DNA from: Amoebidium appalachense
Lineage: Eukaryota; Protista; Ichthyosporea
Direction of reading: 5' to 3'
NCBI GenBank assembly: GCA_963693365.1
Contig: CAVNZM010000006.1
Location: 2,728,001 to 2,792,000, forward strand
Length of the DNA: 64,000 bases
The position numbers were made by a program, and so were the translations under genes. Shown here one piece after another: positions 58,661 through 64,000 of the stretch (the stretch's first letter is position 1; each line of letters starts with the position of its first letter). A model generated the notes under the pieces. The model worked only from the letters and a program-made list of their open reading frames with translations. It searched no databases and was not told the origin of the DNA.

Positions 58661-60157
58661 GGGGGGGAAGGGGCAGGCCCAACTTGTGTCACATTCTTTA
58701 AGGTTGTGAGTGTTTGAGTCTGCCACCTACCATTAAGCAATAATATAACTAAAGGCATCAAATACACGGTAGCACGGACTGGGATAGCATCGTGGGATCT
58801 TCAAACTCACACACTGACCTACTGGTGTGCATAACTTGCTGCCATCATGATGCAATGTGGCTGGCAGTGTCTGTGCACGTGGTGGTGGTGGAGTGGCCGC
58901 TATTCGGCACCAAGTCTTGGCCTGTGTGCGTGTTGGCCTAGCACTGGTGCTGCGTGTCCCTTGGTGTTCTTCAGAATAGATGGGTGACCCGTGCATGTAC
59001 ATGTGCGTGGGCAGAAGAATTGTAAGAAATGTACGTGTACATGGAATTGCTTATGTGAACCTCAGGGTCTGATTGTATCAACCGAGGCACCTAGGTACAC
59101 TGAGCACGCGTATGTAGGGAATAGGTAACGTCCTTTAAACTTTACCTACAGGCTGGTGAGTTCGGCAAACCCTGTTGTCAGGACACCATTCCTGCAACAA
59201 ACCCAAAACGACTCTGCGTAGGTGGGCTCAATTATCACCATGCATGTTCTTGTGGGTGCCACATCAGGTGCTGCAATTGCAGCATGTTTGCATGCGCAGC
59301 AACAGCCCAGCTATGTATGGATACAGCAGGAGCACGAAAAACTGATGCTGGAGTGGGCCTTGCTATTCACGTGAGTGTTGTCCATAGTTCCAACTGTGTA
59401 TGCAGGGGCAGTATTTCCTGCACAGCCACACATGGTAATGGTCAATGAGCCAGGCAGAATTGGACACAGCCCGTGTGCGCATGAGAGCCTCCCTCATGGA
59501 AACCTGTTGGGCAACTGCAGCGATCACAGTGTGGCGACCGTCAAACCGTGACCCATTCTGCACGCAGTATTACTATGATGGATAGGTTTATTCGAGCCTG
59601 AAGTACACTGCGAACGTGACACACGAAAAACACACACATGATTATCTACACGGCGTGCCCGATCTATCTACTGGGCGTCATCTGGCATTTGCCTTTCTCG
59701 GTCTTATGTGGATCCGCTGCGGGCTGTGGCACTGTAATAAGTGCTCTTATAGAATATTTTACTATATATAATATGCGTTGCAATTATCGGTAACTGTGTA
59801 TGTGGTAAATCATAAGACATAGAGGCGTGGGCGCACGTGAGCCTTTTTTTTTTCAAAAGGGATTGTGCGCCAAACGCAATAAAAAGTGTGTAAACCCTAA
59901 CTTTACGTCATCTACGAAAAATTCAAGCATGCAAATTCAAGCCGGCGGGTCACCATCGCACAAAAGTTTGCTGTGTTATCATCGGAGAGAGAACGTGCAT
60001 ATTTAATGATATATTCTTGATATCGATACTTTCTAAAATATATAAGCATAGCAGGTGCAATTATAGTAGAAGGCCTATGTATACTACGTCGATCAGTGCA
60101 GCCACAAGTGAGTCACTTGTGCCTGGCCATGGGCGTTTGGGGCGGGGGAAGAGGGAG

Positions 60158-60219
<62 letters not shown>

Positions 60220-60600
60220 ATGTGCTGTTTGACTATGCACTTTCAATGTTTGGTGACGCCACGACGAGCAGACTAATTTTATTCGACACGGCAATTGATG
60301 GAAGAAGCTTCCAGCTGTGAAGTGTGGCGTTTATGGCTCACAATACAAGCTATCTCCTGTATTTTATTTTCTGCAAATTGATTTTTGTTTGCTTATATAT
60401 GGCAGTCATAGAGTAGGAAGCCATCGATCGCGATATTTTTTTGAATGAAAATATGCTTTCCGAGTCCCCAAGCATTCCCCCTCAGGACCTCTTCCTTCCC
60501 CCCCAGATGTAGTACCCGCCAAGTGATTCTCCGACGATCATCCTGTGACCTGAATAAGATCCAAGGTCGATACTAAAGGACTATCCAGCCCCGGCGCGGG

Positions 60601-60605
60601 CCCCG

Positions 60606-60672
<67 letters not shown>

Positions 60673-60673
60673 A

Positions 60674-60753
<80 letters not shown>
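60601..60753. repeat. Very long, briefly interrupted poly-C tract
   Basis: ~150 nt of C with a central ATG interruption; the length is probably unreliable. Confidence 0.8.
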
Positions 60754-60755
<2 letters not shown>

Positions 60756-63043
60756 CCCTGCACACATGTGCGCATGCACACGCACGCACTCAACTGAGGG
60801 TGTTGCAAGCCGCGCGCCGTATAGTACATATACTACATTACTTAATAACTATATTGAATATTTATATGATACTGCTCTAGATCTCGAATCGTATTTGTAA
60901 AGACAGTGCGGGTGCCATAGCTCAGTGATGAAATGAATAGACACATGTACACCGTAGTACATGTCGCGCATATGCATGCATGAATGTTCTTCACGTACAC
61001 CAAGTTTTTGGTCCATAGAATTTGCTTCAAGATATATGCCTTATGATATCAGTATATACTTGTCCGTGGCTGTTTTCATTTTACTACAAGAATCAACATT
61101 CAACAAAGCTCGAGGCACTGGGATATATTTGCCAGAAGGCTTTCGGTCCCCGGGATGATATTACACCGTTACCAACGTTGCATGAGACGCCCCGAGTGTG
61201 CGCTGCGTGCTTTTATAGGGCGTAAAAAAAAAAAAAAAAAAAAAAAAAAAGGGTTCTACAAGAATAGCCAACAGAAGTGCATTTAGCAATATTAGTAAAT
61301 ATCCGCAAGCAATAATGAAAACGAAACGTGTGGAGGGAGTAGTACACGTCATTGGATTATTGGGATGTCACCCATGATCCCCCCCGCGCGAATTTACGAT
61401 ATACATCGGGTCATGGCATAATTATCATCAGGCATAGGCTAGGCAATTTATATATACAGGGGCATGTGTGACCATGGTTCAACCACGCTTAATATGTATC
61501 AATTCATAAATGAATCATGAATTAATAGGCAACCCCCATTTATCAACACTGAAGATACATTAGTCGTTTCCGGCCTCATATTAGCAAATCTATGGAGTCG
61601 AGATAGCCATAGTTTACTAATTGAATTCTGAGGCGCGTCTGGTAGGATCTTACAAATTGGTACATACTCAGAGGAGACTGATTGCCTGAGAGGTGTTCAC
61701 ACTCCAGATTCCACTGGTTTCGAATCATTCATAGGTGTCGGCGCGATCTTCTCATTGACAAATACAGACAAAGTATGTACACAGCCTCCCGATCTCGTTG
61801 CTTTCGCGGAGTCCTTTTTTTTTCATTTATCAAGGATTGCGCATGGAAAACTCAAAACATACTGCTGAACATAGTAAATTCAATATTTTTCTAGTTTACA
61901 CCGTCTGCGTTCGTAATCTCAACCAGAGCATATCAGTTATGATGTGCAAACATATCCGGAATTCCGCAGCGCCAGTTGACGCTGAACGTCTTGTTGAATT
62001 CTGTTGGTCGTCACATTGAGTATCTATATGATTTTCACACAGTGTTCAGGTATCTCAGTATGCACTTGTTACCGGATTATAACTCGTGAAGTTTTTATTG
62101 CCTCCTAAGTATGCCGTGCATACTTGCATATCTTTCCGTTGAATAAATTCAGTCAAAAGGTTGCCAAGAACCGGGGCATGAACTTCCTGCGCATGCATTG
62201 CGATGATGACGAACGTTCCCACCTGGTACACAAGTAGTACGCTCAATGTATGCAATTGCGCGCACATGCCAACGTAACGCAAAGCACTTTTTTTATGGGG
62301 TTTTAAATATAAAGAAGAAAAAATTCAACATTTCGCACCCTATACTGTCTGTATTCGCAGTTTACTTATGCGGCATTGAACGGATTACACATCATCATTT
62401 CAGCAATACCATCAGCGGAATGATACCCTCGGACGCGGTGGGGTTTTTTCAAGCTTGCATGTTCAGAACTTCAGATCCACCAATGGATGCGTCGCAGGCT
62501 TCGCCAGCTGACCATTGAGCTGGCGGCGCCGCACCATGTCTCGACTTACACAATATCAGGGTGTGAAATTTGTTTTGGCAGGTGCCATTTTGGTAACTTT
62601 CCACCAGCCTGGATGGCCCTAACAGAGTCAACAACGGTTTTTAGGTGTATTTTCTTATACATTTGGCTTTGTTATGGCCAATTTTTGGAAAATCGATGGA
62701 CCTAACCTCAAAAAGTTAGGGATAATTTTCGGACTTTCAGGGGCAATTTTCTGGCCCTGGCCTAAACCCCCTAATTTCACAGGCTGCACAATATGGGTAT
62801 GCTAATAATAGGCATGTATGTCAGCAAAACAGAAGTGTGGCGATAACTGAATAGGGATGCATAGTCTAATATCGATAGGGCTATAGTGCTAACAGCTACA
62901 AAGGTTTTGGGGTTTATAGGTATAGTATAACTTAAGAGACGTAGAATACGCAATGGTGGGGGTAGAGTTGGAATAGGTTCACACTGCGTGTGTAGGTTGC
63001 AGGCCAGCATGAGGATATTTTGGTTTTTCACACTTTCCAGAAC

Positions 63044-64000
63044 ATGATAGACGATAGTGGGAGAATGGCGTACGAAGGCCGAGGGCCCGAGTATGAGGAA
63101 TACTGCGAGGAACCAGTGTATACCTACGAAGAGAATGAACAGCAACTGCGCCGCCACCCTGAGGTGAACGGTCAGCGCAGAGAAGCGTACCTCACATACG
63201 CACAAGCAGAAGCACTAGAACACTCGGCACACCCACACAACCCACAACGAACACAACACACGCGCGAGGCACACAGCACACACCAGCAGTGGGGGGCAGG
63301 TCATCCACCTCCTCCTGCGCAGGAATATCGCCGCAGCTATGCGGAATTCGTAGCAGGCGGGGAAGGGCGTGAGGTGTACGAGCAGGGGGGATACACGCAG
63401 GGCAGGCCGACACAATACTACGACGAACCTGCGCCCCTCCGTCTCACCTACGAGGAGGCACAGCGTAGGCGTATTTCCTACGAAGACGCGGGCAGAAACA
63501 GCCCGGCATATGCAGTGCGCAGCAGGCCCGTGGACCCCCAACCCCTACAGGCCGACACTGCCCCCCAGGCACGTTTTGACTATCACCCACGACAGGAGCA
63601 GCGAAGACCTGCCCCCCTGTATGGCCCCTCAGGGGGTTACAGGGGGGAGGAGCATCACAACCCGTACAGTGAGTCGGGGCCTACGCACGCGGGCATGTCC
63701 TATTCGTCTGCACCCCCACCCCACCAGCACGTGCAGAGGCAGGTGCGGTCTGCCCCCCTCACCACTGGGCCGGACGAGGAGTACGGGTGGAACAGACCCA
63801 CACAACGCAGCTACACGTGGACACGTACGAGCACGGAGGATATGGACACGGACGACTGGGACCCACGCGCACAGAGGGACCGCCTGCCTCCAAACATCGA
63901 CCCACGTGTGCGTGCAAAACCTCAGCACACAGGCAGGCCCCAGCCCTATCCCCGCGGAGACCTACCACAGGGATTACAGGAGAACCCAAACCACGTGCGC
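63044..64000 (+). CDS. Intronless Pro/Tyr/Glu/Arg-rich ORF open to the window edge (>=319 codons), possibly a retroelement ORF1/Gag N-terminus
   Basis: ATG at 63044 or 63065 (MAYEGRGPEYEEYCEEPVYTYEE...) with no stop through 64000 in my manual translation. It lacks the introns and microsatellites typical of host genes here. No domain recognised. Confidence 0.55.
   Translation, partial: MIDDSGRMAYEGRGPEYEEYCEEPVYTYEENEQQLRRHPEVNGQRREAYLTYAQAEALEHSAHPHNPQRTQHTREAHSTHQQWGAGHPPPPAQEYRRSYAEFVAGGEGREVYEQGGYTQGRPTQYYDEPAPLRLTYEEAQRRRISYEDAGRNSPAYAVRSRPVDPQPLQADTAPQARFDYHPRQEQRRPAPLYGPSGGYRGEEHHNPYSESGPTHAGMSYSSAPPPHQHVQRQVRSAPLTTGPDEEYGWNRPTQRSYTWTRTSTEDMDTDDWDPRAQRDRLPPNIDPRVRAKPQHTGRPQPYPRGDLPQGLQENPNHVR

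Overview
Eukaryotic genomic DNA: intron-rich, GT-AG introns with CTRAC branch points, and abundant (CA)n and poly-C/poly-G tracts. A unicellular opisthokont such as an ichthyosporean is my inference only. Host genes reconstructed by hand: a Chk1-like Ser/Thr kinase (+, 6031-9282), a single-C2H2 zinc-finger protein (+, 15137-16228), a 23-exon large NAD-dependent glutamate dehydrogenase of the fungal GDH2 type (-, 20797-33420), a PTTG1IP-like PSI/TM protein (-, 36089-40103) and CCZ1 (+, 48187-57605). The main finding is a TIR-bounded DNA transposon (40521-48049) in the divergent intergenic region between the PTTG1IP-like gene and CCZ1. It carries a THAP + HTH + DDE (Harbinger/ISL2EU-type) transposase and a convergent, apparently intronless FEN1/XPG/EXO1-family 5' nuclease where described ISL2EU elements carry a YqaJ/lambda exonuclease. 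Its transposase is split by a young non-autonomous Gypsy element (480-bp LTRs, GCCTT TSD); removing that element restores a 638-aa ORF. Also present: a Copia-type TRIM with a half-tRNAiMet primer site in a GDH intron, a family of short repeats that consistently end in poly-C, three MITEs, tandem duplications, and an intronless ORF running off the right edge. All family assignments come from motif recognition by eye; no searches were run.
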